Positions 1-12,201 of a stretch of 64,000 nucleotides of DNA are shown here, one piece after another. The notes below the pieces were generated by a model. It did not search any database and was not told the DNA's origin. It saw nothing but the letters and a program-made list of their open reading frames with translations. The first letter of the stretch is position 1; every line of letters starts with the position of its first letter. Where the stretch lies: assembly GCA_010093705.1 (NCBI GenBank), contig MU006107.1:3392-67391 (forward strand), read 5' to 3'. Both the position numbers and the translations under genes were made by a program. Origin of the DNA: Patellaria atrata CBS 101060. Lineage: Eukaryota.

Positions 1-353
1 AGGAGCTTCGTACGGCGAATGCGCGACGAGAACGAAAGAAGCAGCATCGTAGACGTTATATCTCGTATAAGACTACTCTTCAGGCTCAGCAAGGGCAGTT
101 TCTTCTTAATAGAGCAGAAAATAGAGGGCAAGAGGCTGGTCAAACTGGTGAAGCCATTGTACGACAACGCGCGCCGCCAACGTGCAGTAAATGTGGGATT
201 CAAGGTCATACTGCTCGTACATGCTCAAATACATAAAGAATTAGCTAAATAAATTTTTAAATAAAATAATATTTATTTTGGTTAGGTTTTCGTACGAAGA
301 TACGTGTTAATGTCGATAGGGTGGCCACTTGAGTGGTGAAACACGTAACGTTA
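1..353 (+). mobile_element. 3' end of Fot1/pogo-like (Tc1-mariner superfamily) DNA transposon: transposase C-terminus plus right terminal repeat
   Basis: Frame 3..236 (not in the ORF track) reads ELRTANARRERKKQHRRRYI...RQRAPPTCSKCGIQGHTARTCSNT*. This has the basic ELRxAN segment and C-x2-C-x4-H-x4-C knuckle typical of fungal Fot1-like transposase tails. An AT-rich spacer follows, then GGGTGGCCACTTGAGTGGTGAAACACGTAACGT-TA (ACGT terminus plus TA target). Confidence 0.8.
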
Positions 354-696
354 AGTTAGAGCTTATTTGATTAGTCAGTAACATCGAGCTTTGACCTTCC
401 TTGCGGAATTGCAACCTCACTTCCTCAAAAGCTACAGCACAACCAACTGCACTACTTTTTCCTTAAACCTCACTCCAACAAAGCAAAGAAGTTGTCGAAT
501 ACGTCTATCCTTCCACTGGTTTTCCTTTGACTATCTTTCGTGCAGAAGTATGCTTGACTGAGCAAAAGCATCATCAATCTAGCTTCACCAAGGTGCTCTC
601 TCCACTCAGTCCCTAACTGTTCATTCTTGAATTCTGCGCCGAACCCGAACCGAAGTTGTTTCTTTCGATAGGCTTGAAATAAAATCTGGAGGAAAT

Positions 697-2594
697 ATGA
701 ACAACCCTGGGGCTTCTCAAGGCCCACAAGCTGGTGTCCAGCCGAGGCTAACGACTGGCCTTCTCCGTCCCGAACAGCTCCAAGTCTTTGGGAATCTGAC
801 AGACGCAGAGAAAGCAAAGTACGCCGAAGGATTAAAACATCTATGGGGTGTCCTGAACAACAATTCACCAGATACCGATCAGCATAAACAAGCTCGGGCA
901 AAGCTGGAGGACGCGACTGGGAAATTGACCACCAATTTCAGAAGGTGGCAAGCGTCACAGCACCAGCAAAAGAACACAGTGCAGCAGTCAGCAAACAGAC
1001 CAAATAACCCGGTTCAAGCACCGCAACAGGAAGCAGCGCAACAACCACAACAGCAGACTCAAGGCCGGCCCGAAGCTCCCGCAGTTGTTCAACAAATACC
1101 ACCTGCGATCCAGGATCATGTTCGCAAGTTTCCCTTCGCCCTACCCCCGGAAGGGTTCAAGGTCGGGACTCCAGAATACGAAGCTAAGGTGGCGAATTTA
1201 AGAAATAGCTATACTATGATGTTGATGAAGATGGAAAGCCATAAGCAAAAGGTGCAACACTTCGGTAGTATAGTTGAACAGAGGAGACAGCAGGGACAGG
1301 ATGCGACCGACGCTTTGAATGCTAAGACACAGGAAGAGGCGAGATGGGGTACAATCAGAAAGCAAATAGAGGAATTTAGAGCGAAGCAGAGTCTATGGAA
1401 GCAGCAGCAACAGGCGCATGCGCAACAAGCCCAACAGCAGCAGAACGTGGTTAGCAGTACCGCATCAACAAAAGCAGAAGATGGTCAGCAAGTGACAACT
1501 GCGACCCCTACTCAACCATTTCCCCTACAAATGCCCGCCCAGCGTCAAGCACAGCAAGTGCCACAAGCACAACCCCAAGGAGGAAATAACATCCCACCAG
1601 GAAATCAAACTGTGCACGCCGCGAGAGACCAAGCAAATAACAGGCCCGGAAGTGGAAGTCCAGCCACAGGAGGACCGCCACAACAACATCCGCAGCAAGC
1701 TCAAGCGTTTCCACCATCTGGTCTGACCAACACGCAGCAAAATAGTCCCCAGGTGCCACAGATGCCAAATCAGCAAGCAAATATCAACGCAGGCATTCCA
1801 CGTCCTCAACTCAACCCCCAACAAGTCGGACAACCTGCTCAGACGCAACAGTCACCTCATACTGCACAGGCACCAAATGGGCCACCGGTTCCTCTATCTC
1901 ATCAAGCCGCCATGACAGCAGCCGCACGCACTTATTCTAACCCACAGCAGACACCCCAGGGTGCTTCTGGCCAGAGCGGCTATCAGCAGATGGGCAACCG
2001 AGAGAATAGCAATGTCAATCCGAAGATGCCTATACCAAAGCAACTGAATGTGTCCCAACCAGCTCCAGTGACGATGGGTCCCTCCCGTCCCACGATGGGT
2101 GGCCCGAGCAATGGTCCAGCGGGAATGATGGGCCAACCTGTCATCGCTAAAACACCCCAATTTGCACTCGAAGGTGATGGTGAACGTGTTCTTAGCAAGA
2201 AGAAGCTCGATGACCTCGTTCGACAGGTTACGGGCGGTGGAGAGGGAGTGGGCGGTGAAATGCTCGCTCCTGATGCTGAAGATGTACACTATTTATCTTA
2301 CCCTATCAGAGTACAATACTAAAGCTATATTTATAGGTCCTCCTCCAGCTGGCCGACGACTTTGTCGACAACGTCATCACCGCCGCCTGCAAGCTCGCTA
2401 AGCTCCGCGACTCTTCGACCCTCGAGATCCGCGACATCCAGCTCATCCTTGAAAGGAACTACAACATCCGCATTCCGGGCTACGCGTCGGATGAGGTGAG
2501 GACCGTTAGGAAGTTTCATCCTACCGCAGGCTGGACGGCTAAGATGAACGCGGTGCAAGCGGCTAAGGTTATGGGTGGGAAGACGGATTTGTGA
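697..2594 (+). CDS. TAF12: Transcription initiation factor TFIID/SAGA subunit 12 (intron 2284..2336)
   Basis: Q-rich N-terminus, then a histone-fold [15 protein letters not shown]...[52 protein letters not shown]. The GT-AG intron restores the frame; TGA at 2592. Confidence 0.95.
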
Positions 2595-3683
2595 AATTTT
2601 CTTATCTTTGAAAGTATTAACGCTGTATAGGGAAGAAGAAAAAGGCTCCTACTTTCGACGTGCATGGAGTTGGGGAATAGTTCGAGATATGGGGTGAATG
2701 GCGACTTATCAATGGAATGGAAGGCTCGGTTGCATCTTCGTAGGTGTTTGGACTGGGTACGTGTGTTACATTATGGATTCATTCCCATATCTTCGAGGGT
2801 CTAAGGGCCGTATTTGTGTTGGGGGTATTCGACTCTGCATCTAGAGCTCGATATTCCTTGAAAACAAATGAAATCAATCAATCATATGGATTCTCATAGT
2901 GTTCAGACAAGTGTGGTTTTACTTGAAATTTTACCATATGGTCTTTTCCTGTCTGACACATCTCACCTTATTTACTACTTGGTTGCTAACCGATTATAAC
3001 CCTTTTGCCCTCATTCGTTGCATTGCGTACAGATGCTTTCTCCCGTTCCCTATCCCATCCACTCCCCATCTCTACTCATCCCCTCCTGTCTCCATTTGGT
3101 TTTCCCATTCACTCTCTCTACACCCTAATACAAACTTACACGCAAATATCACACGAAAGCTCCACTAGACAATCACCACCATCACCCATGACCCACCACC
3201 TTAAAGCCAACCATACCCTCTCCACTCCACACCTCCACCCCCCCCCCCCCCCCATCCTGAAAGAGATCAGCAAGACCATCACGCCGAGCTCCCATCCAAC
3301 TGAGCTATGACGAATGTAGTGCGATGTACAGTTTTGTACTGTTCTGTACTGTCCAGCCAGGGAGACAGGTCATCGGGGACAACGGTGGAGGATTATTTTG
3401 CTATGAGAGTGTACAGTACTACTGAGTTAAAGTCTACAGAGGCAGGGATGTGGTGCGGGTGGAGACGGGAAGGGGGGAAGGGGGTGGTTAGAGGGGAGTG
3501 CACCATATGGGTTGGAAATTTTATAAAGTGATAGTGGTATGCGCTCTGTAGATTATAGCTGTACACGCGCCCCATCCCGCGGTACCATAAAATCGATGTT
3601 CGGGTAGTGGACTCGAGTTTGGGACGGTGAGGGGCTGACGAGGGTGTGGGAGGTGAGTAATAGCAGGGTATGATTGGGTGAAA

Positions 3684-3985
3684 AGGGTATAGTGAGGAGG
3701 GTATAGTAAGGAGGGTATAGTAAGGAGGGTATAGTAAGGAGGGTATAGTAAGGAGGGTATAGTAAGGAGGGTATAGTAAGGAGGGTATANNNNNNNNNNN
3801 NNNNNNNNNNNNNNNNNNNNNNNNNNNNNNNNNNNNNNNNNNNNNNNNNNNNNNNNNNNNNNNNNNNNNNNNNNNNNNNNNNNNNNNNNAAGGAGGGTAT
3901 AGTAAGGAGGGTATAGTAAGGAGGGTATAGTAAGGAGGGTATAGTAAGGAGGGTATAGTAAGGAGGGTATAGTAAGGAGGGTATG
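3684..3985. repeat. 14-bp tandem minisatellite (AGGAGGGTATAGTA)n interrupted by assembly gap
   Basis: Perfect 14-mer copies on both sides of a 100-N run, with degenerate copies at the edges. Confidence 0.95.
3790..3889. other. Assembly gap (100 N)
   Basis: Run of exactly 100 n. Confidence 1.
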
Positions 3986-4232
3986 ATATGGTACAGTACC
4001 CTCCCCTTCCACACAGGGGTGTTTAAATCTCTCCCCAATCTTTCATATATCAGTTAGATCTCATAAAAGCGTACACATTTATCACACCAGCGTGCCATTC
4101 AGCGGAAGGCTATACAAGCTACAAACATTCATTTCCACCCGGGGGCTCTCCTATGCAAGACCCATATAACTCCGGAGATACCTGTCCAACGCCAGATACC
4201 CCGAAGCCCATAAATGCAGAGGCCAAACAGAC

Positions 4233-7076
4233 CTAATGAATCGCACTCGGTCCACCCCTCGCCTCCGTCTGCGCCTTGCTAAACTGCGTCAAAAGTCCCA
4301 ACACGCCTGCTCCCTTATCTCCCAACTCCAAGGCCCGGTCATCTTCTTCATCGTCATCTGTCTGTGCCGCTCTGGTCGTCCTCCAGCTGCCACCCAGTTC
4401 ACTGTCCTCTTCTAGTATCCTACTTGTCGTGATATCCCTCCTCGGGGAAAGTTCATCCCTCTCATTGAACGCTCTCGAGTCGTCGAGGGGGTGTTGACGG
4501 GCTGAGCGGTGGCGAGTGTGGATTGCGCGATGCTGGGGAGATGTATGGGGATGTTGTTGATGTGTGGACATCGAGGGTTGATGGTGCGGGTCGAGAAGGA
4601 TGGAGTGGATTGGGGCTGTTCCGTCCGAGGGACCGAAGCGGGGAGTACGGCTTATGGATGCTTGTCGGGGTGGGGGACGATATCTACTCCCGGTCATATT
4701 GCTTGTCTCAGCATGTTGCAGGGCCGAGTTTGTCAACGCAGGGAATATGGGGGGAGGATGGAAGTTCCGCATTTGAGAGCGGTTGTGAATCGCGCCTCGA
4801 CCACCATTGGTGCCGGCGTAGTGGTCTAGGAAACCGTAATAGGATTGGAGCATCTTCTGATCTTTCGTTGCGTAGTAATCATCGCGGAGTCCGTCAGGTT
4901 TGTGACCTTGGGGTCCCATTCTGTTTTGGTTTGCGTTTTCGGGACCCTTTTGGAAATCGAAGACCGCAAAAGAACAGACGTGACCGAGGCCGTCGACGTG
5001 AATTGTAAATTCTCGGAAAAAGTCGATAAGACGCTCGCTACATCTGGGCATACTGATCATCAAGATGTAGGGAGTGACGATGATGCTCAAGATTTCCTCG
5101 AGGAAGACTACAAGTTTCATCTTATAGAGCGATGAAAACTCTCGTCGCACCTCATCCGTATGTAATCTATCTTTCCAAGATTCTGGACAATAGTGTATAC
5201 ACTCAATGACCTGGTTCAACGCAAACTGTGGATCGAGGACAAAGAACTCTTCCAACTGTGGACCTCGTGTTGCAGCCCAAACGGCGGTCAGTACACCAAG
5301 CCAGAAGACAACGGTTCGGCCTGGAGTGAGTTCGAAGCCTAAGAAGAGCTCGGAATCCCAAAGGGTAGCGAGACCAAGTACAGCGGCTAAGGAAGAAGCT
5401 ATGAAGGAAACGAAAGTGTATAACTGCGCCATTTTGTCCTTGGGAAATTGTTCTAGGTAAGCATTTGCGTATGGATAGGCCATATTCTTCCGACGGGTGA
5501 AAAGGTGCTCAACCTCATTAAACTCCCGGAACTTCCATTCTGCGAGGCGAGTGAAAGTACGGGAACCAATCTGGGAAGGGTCTTTCTGAAATTCCTATGA
5601 TACGTTTAGTATGGCGTAATTACAAGATGGGCTCGATCTACTTACGATGAAGTTCCGGAAGAAATATACTGCTAGAGAATAAATCAAAACAACCGGGGCG
5701 CAGAGTATATTCAGGATGCCCACTACCATGAAACGGAAACGCAGGCTCTCGATCAGCTCTCTTCGGCGTCGGTCAGTTAAGAAGATACGTTGGACTTGAC
5801 CTTCTCGTGTGAACACAAAGTCTGTCAAGCAGATGTCAATATTGAATTCGAGCATCTTCGTAAAGAATGGACGCATTCCTAAGAAAGGAACAGGGATGTT
5901 GAGGTCCAGGACGTCTTTATTGAAGAGAGCGATCATATAATTCTCCCGACGCATTAGACGATTGGCAATGTCATGGGCGTCCATCCGTTGCTTTGATTGA
6001 GTCCCCAGGAACCTACGATTTTCCGGAGTAATGCTCTGCGCCGTAACTGGATTTGTGTCCCGTAAGGCCATAAGTCGAGCGACGATCAGCTGCCAAGAGA
6101 CTGTCTGTATGTCGTGATCGGGTATATCGAGCAAGTAGTGGTAAAAGTTATGCATAGCCCAAAGGCGACGAATATCAACGACGTATTGAATCAGCTTGTA
6201 GACCCACACCAAAACAGCAAGCCATAGAACGAAGTTCCAGAAACCGTGCATTTGTTTTATACATTGAGGTATGAGGATTTCCTCGGTACTCTCACTTCCA
6301 GGAATCTTCTTGTAGTCGATACAGGTGGTAAGGAACGTGGTGAATCCCATTACGAAGGCGGTTGTAAGGAGACTAAGCAGTCGGCTTAAAAGTATAGACC
6401 ATATGCCGTGGAACATGTAATATGAGTAGACTTCCTGAAGAAACGCATCTAAATTTTGTACATTAGTCCATCGCCACATAGCCATATCTCTGGGGTTTGT
6501 CGGAAAAGCTCTATTACCACCAGGTCTAACATTTGGTTTTGGTGGTGTTGCCTCCTGCATAGTAGGATGTAATCTTTGCTGCGCCCTTGTTGTTTCCCAC
6601 TGTGCTCTTGCATTGTGTGTGGATGGGCCAGGCACAGGGGAGGGGAGACGCTCAATATCTGGCGATTTACGTGATTTTTGCATTACGATAGGAGGAGGAA
6701 TAGAGGTAGGATGATCTTTGTAGCCTTCAAGTAAGAGGGATTCAGGCACATCGTCATCTTCTATTGCTCCATCGGCACCTCTTTGGCCCTTACGATGCCT
6801 TGATCTTGATCTTGACTTCTTTGGGGCTGGACTTCGTTCTTGAGGTAGAAATGCGGTGCTTTCAGTAGTTATACGGCTTTGTTCTAATAAACGATCGAGG
6901 TCCTGATCTTCAAATGTATTACCAAAGTTCTCCTCGTCTAGCGCTATTCCAGCATGATCTTCCAGATCCAAGTCACCGGGGTGTGGATCTTGCTCATGCT
7001 GTTGTATAGTCTCGTAGATAGAGGGTGCATCGGTATTCGAAGGGAGAAGCCGCGAGAGTAGATTTGAGGTCATCAT
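4233..7076 (-). CDS. ATG9: Autophagy-related protein 9 (intron 5595..5645)
   Basis: MMTSNLLSRLL start; motifs WRWTNVQNLDAFL, QRMDAHDIANRLMRRENYMIALFNK, WKFREFNE and DFFREFTIHVDGLGHVCSFA. Confidence 0.97.
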
Positions 7077-7547
7077 TTTGGTAGTACGTGAGGTAGATGC
7101 TATGTAGGTAACTTGAATAATAGGCACGATAGGTTATAACCTTGAGAATATAGTATGTTCTGTGGTTGTGACTGGCGATAAAGGACCGGCGAATGTCGCC
7201 CGGTCGCCAGTTTCATCTCGATACGTGCCAGAGGCAATTCAGCTCATGATCGGTTGAAGTCCTAGCAAGTGAGATGAGATGTGCTCACGGAGGAGAGTCA
7301 GTAGAAGTCAGGCGAATAGTAGAGGTGGAGGGAGTTGTCTTTGTTTTATGTTGGTGTTGGGTGCCTATGTTGAAGATGTCCGAATGATACATGCAAGTGA
7401 GCATCGTTCACGCGCACGGACCATATTGCTTTAGGCGCGTCATTACATGACTCGCATATTCTCTGTACAGCCTGGAGCTCGTGACCGAAAGCCACACAGT
7501 TCTCCTTTTCAATAATATTGCATGGGTGTTAGATACACATCATCAAC

Positions 7548-9678
7548 ATGACAACGGGATATTTCCCTCAAGATGTCCTTTCACCAGTTCCTTCCACACC
7601 GAACACTCCTGCACCCGTGGCTGGACAACGCTCGAATGCATTATTAAGTAGGATAACTACAGTCCTATCCGCTTCCTACGCGGATCTCGATATCAGGGAT
7701 GCTCTTGAGACTTTGGACGCGCGTGGCGTGAAAAACAGCCAGGAAACAAGGCGTCAACTTCGACTGGACGTACAGAAAGAGGTCATCCAATGCAATGGGG
7801 AAATTGTTCAAGATTTTGGACAGGTTGCGGAGGTTTGAACTCCCTGAGTAGTGTGCGTATGTTGGAGACTGACCAATTCATAAGCAACTAAAACATATCG
7901 GAACCGTAATAACCAGTCTTAATAGATGTTGTGCCCAGATGAGAGAATATATCGCAGCTGCAAATAGGGATACTGCCCCTGTGCTAGAAGAAACAACTGC
8001 TCTGTTGTACCAGAAAGTACAAGTCGAGACCAAACAAAGCATATTAGAGGCTTTCAATGCGCATTTTATAGTATCTGAAGACGACTTGACTACTTTAACC
8101 TCGACAGCAGAACCAGTAAACGATGACTTCTTCCGGATACTCAACCGAGTAAAGAAGGTCCATCAAGACTCCCAAGTTCTTCTAGGGACAGAGAACCAAA
8201 GACTTGGGTTAGAGATCCTCGAACAGAGCTCTAAGCACCTAAATGGAGCTTTTCAAAAGTTATATCGCTGGATACAGCGAGAGTTCAAGACTTTGGATCT
8301 TGAAAACCCCCAGATCAACGCATCAATTCGAAGAGCACTCCGAGTCCTAGCTGAAAGGCCCCCATTGTTCCAAAACTGTCTTGACTTCTTCGCCGAGGCT
8401 CGGGAACATATCCTCTCGGATTCTTTTTATACTGCCTTGACAGGTCAATCGAAGGATAATCATACCCTTACTACAAAGCCGATAGAATTTTATTCTCATG
8501 ATCCACTGAGATACGTGGGCGACATGCTCGCATGGGCGCATTCTGTGACTGTATCGGAGCGGGAAGCTTTGGAGGTTCTCTTCATCTCTGAAGGAGACGA
8601 GATTGCCAAAGGTATACAAGCGGGGCTTGAAAGCGACCCTTGGTCTCGTGGAGAAGACGATGAGCCTATTTTCGACGGTAGGAAAGCTTTAGGCGAACTT
8701 GTAAGTCGAGACTTAGCTGGAGTCGCAAGGCTTCTACGCCAGCGGATTGAACAAGTGATACATACGCATGAGGATCCGACATTGGCGTACAAACTAGCTA
8801 ATCTCATCGGATTCTACAAGTCCACATTCACGAAACTTATAGGTGATGATTCACCACTACTAGATGTTCTCGGTGCTTTGGAAGATTCAGCTTTCAGACA
8901 GTTCCGCGCAAACATGAGAGATCATGTAGCAGCAGTTCAAACCGAGCTTGCCCATGCTCCGCCAAATTTTGCGCCTCCAGATTTCCTTGAGGAAGCGTTG
9001 GAGACGCTGAAAGCTCTCATGAAGAGCTATGATACCTCATTAGCAGCCGTGGATAGTAGAGAAGCAGGTTTTCAACCCGTACTAGCAGAGGCTCTCGATC
9101 CATTCCTTAACGGATGCGAAAACTTGCAGAATGGTCTTGAGGCACCTGGAAATAGTATATTTGCAATTAATTGCATAATATCTACGAAGAACACACTATC
9201 TCCATTCTCATTTACGAGTGAGAAAGTTACGGATCTAGAAGAATCCTTGGAGGAGCACTCGTCAAGACTGGCTGAATATCAACACGCATTTTTCCTAGGT
9301 ACATCTGGGTTGTATCCTCTCATCGAAGCCCTGTCACCATTATCAGAATCTCCGGAGGATCTTGCTAAGATACCGAATCTCGAACCGTTCAAACCAGCCG
9401 CTCTTACGGCCACTAGCCAAACTTTGGATGACTTCCTTTTATCCGCACTGGAAGATGCGAAGGAGAACATTAAGGCCTTAAAAGATATCAAGATGGTACA
9501 GAAGATCACAGAGGATGCCGCTAAGAGGTTCTGTGAAGATTTTGAGTACATCAAGAACCGATTGTTATCTGCAGATGAACTGCGAGATGATGAAGATGAA
9601 GAGGATGAAATGGATGAGCCTAGATTAAGAGATCTATTCCCGAGAACAAGCGTAGAGATTAGAGTATTACTGAGTTAG
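7548..9678 (+). CDS. COG6: Conserved oligomeric Golgi complex subunit 6 (intron 7833..7884)
   Basis: Motifs [31 protein letters not shown] and LFPRT..EIRVLLS. The intron with a CTGAC branch site joins two ORFs in frame. Confidence 0.93.
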
Positions 9679-9821
9679 ATCATATGGAGTCATTTCAGAT
9701 CTCAGTCGTCTTATCAAATATATCGTCAGATAAAGATTTATACCACCTTCCGTCCAAACCTAGAAGACGCCATCGCTATGCCCTCGTCAACACGTGTTTC
9801 CTCCGAGATATGTTCAAATAT

Positions 9822-10181
9822 CTATGCTTTGTTCTGCTTCTTCTCCCATTCTTCCGGTGTATGACACTTCGGTGTCCATGCATGAATAGCGGCAATCTCC
9901 TCCTTCAATGCGGAGTTTACTAATCGATGCCTTGCGAGCGTCGTTTTCTTTGCGAACTGGGGTGAGACGATTATAGCTTGAAACATTTGGCCACAACCTC
10001 CTTCTAGGCGTGAGCATGTACATCATGTGCTTCGTACAAGAATGCAATCCATACCAGACATATCTTCAATGTCAACATAGATAGCTCCGAGTTTTTCCTC
10101 CAGCGTCGTCTTGAGTGACTCCGGGGTTATGCCCGTAGACGCTTGGGTCCTTTCAGCCTCGACGTCCGTTCTAGCGCTCAT
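9822..10181 (-). CDS. BolA-like protein (Fe-S/glutaredoxin partner; intron ~10001..10054)
   Basis: Spliced product ...[53 protein letters not shown] carries the BolA signatures. Confidence 0.92.
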
Positions 10182-10477
10182 ATTGGAAGTGTGCTGTCTG
10201 TACCAGTCGATCGGGATATTGTACAACTCGGTTCGAGTCTTGGTGAGAAATGTTTGGTTGACGTGACTGATTGATGGACGATAAGATAGAGTTTTATACC
10301 CGATCATCTCCGCTACCGGGACAGGGGTTAGCTCAAGCCACACTGAGCTAATTCTAGCTTCATCGTAATCGATAAGGTAAGGTAAGGTATCTTAGAACTT
10401 GCTTTCAAATACGCTGTACCTTATACCTACAGTGGTACTATGTCTTTGAAAACTATATCATAAGTGTCATATTCTGC

Positions 10478-11922
10478 ATGTTTGCAGCTACTACACGACG
10501 TCTCTTCAATATGAGCCGAACTACCATCACCGCCCCTTTCTCGAGGGCTGTGGTCAATGCAATGAGGAAGCTGTAAGTTCTTAGAGCTCCTTGATGTAGT
10601 GTATCCTAGACTGATTGTTCGTAGTTATCCTGAAGATTTGGCCGACAAGAGCTGGGATAATACTGGCTGTAAGGAATAAGAGTATCAATGGGGGATTTAG
10701 CGCTCACCATCCTTCCGTAGTGCTACTCGAAGCTCCATTTGACCCTATTACACGCCAAATGAACTCCGTCCTCCTCACAGTAGACCTTACAAAAGCAGTC
10801 GCAGATGAGGCCATTGAGCGTAACGATTCCATAGTTGTAGCATACCGTGCGTTCACCCTCGACCACCTTTTTTGAGCCATCCTGAGATTGATCCAAGCAT
10901 AGACCCTATCATCTTCAGAGGATTAAAATCAATTACTCTAGCCGACACCCAGCAGCAATCACTGCTAAGACTAGCAGCCGAGGGGATAAGCGTATGTTAG
11001 AGGCACCATTGATATGCCCACATCTCTAAAGGGTGGAACAGGTCTACAGCCCTCATACAGCCATTGATGCCGCAGACGGCGGCTTAGGAGACTGGCTCGC
11101 CGACATCATTACAGGCACTCCCATCACCCGTGATGGTGAAGACGAGCTCTCCCTCGAGCCTATCCCCGAGAACCCTCCCGACAACGAAGCCTCAATCACC
11201 AAAGATCCCTTCCCCTCCAAAGACACCAAATCCAATCGCCCCTCTTTCCTCCTTCAACACCACCCCTCCCAGCACATGGTCCAAAAAACCTCTCCCAAAC
11301 CGTATGTATCCCTCTAGTACCTCGGCACCAGGGAATTCCACCCCTAACCCAGGTCCTTAATAGTTCCATAACTCCCCACACCCGCAAACCCATTAAACCC
11401 CTCAACCCTCCTCACCCCTCCCATCCTAACGGGGGCATGGGCCGCCTTGTACATTTCGAAAGCCCACAACCCCTCTCCCTCCTCATTGAACGCATTGCTA
11501 CCGGCGTCGGTAATCCCAAGGGCTTCCCCATTGCCATTCCACAGGGCGCGTCCATCGACAGCGTCAACATTCGGAGCGTTGGGATCTGCGCCGGCAGCGG
11601 GGGATCTCTTTTCGCTGGCCTAGATACCGATTTGCTCTTTACGGGGGAACTGTCGCATCACGAGGCGCTAGCGGCGATTGAGCGAGGCCAGTGCGTAGTT
11701 ACGCTTTTTCATAGCAATACCGAGAGAGGCTTTTTGCACAACGTATTGAAGCTACGGTTGAAGAAGGCGGTGGAGGAGGAGTGGGGAAGGTTGAGGAGGG
11801 AGGAGAGAGGACGGCTAGGGGAGGAGGCGGAGGAGGCGTTGGACGATGGTGATGTTAGTGTTGAGGTTAGTGAGAGGGATAGGGATCCTTACGGGATCGT
11901 GATTTCGAGGGCGGAATTGTGA
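10478..11922 (+). CDS. NIF3: NIF3/GTP cyclohydrolase-1 type 2 family protein (5 introns)
   Basis: Spliced exons give YPEDLADKSWDNTGLLLE, VAYHPIIFRGLKSIT, VYSPHTAIDA, ICAGSGGS, TGELSHHE and HSNTERGFL. Confidence 0.92.
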
Positions 11923-12201
11923 TGAGTTATGAAGGATTAATATCGAAGTAATGTCAAAAGTACTAGGATTGTACGGTAAGCCAGAGCTACGATGCGAGGA
12001 ACACAGTCCCTAATAAGATACACGAACGCCAGAAATGAACAGATGGTATACCCTCTTTTCCATCCCGTCACACCTGCACCCCATCACGCATAAATCATCC
12101 TTCGTTCACGATTTCCAAAATGTACGTCTGTCAGTGGAGAACGTACAAAGTCATCCACATGCCACAGAACCCCAAACCCCACCCCTGCTGTAGTCCTTAC
12201 T

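Noticed and set aside
3521..4038. ORFs with YYTLLTIPSLLYPP repeats
   Set aside because: Translation artefact of the 14-bp repeat and the N gap.
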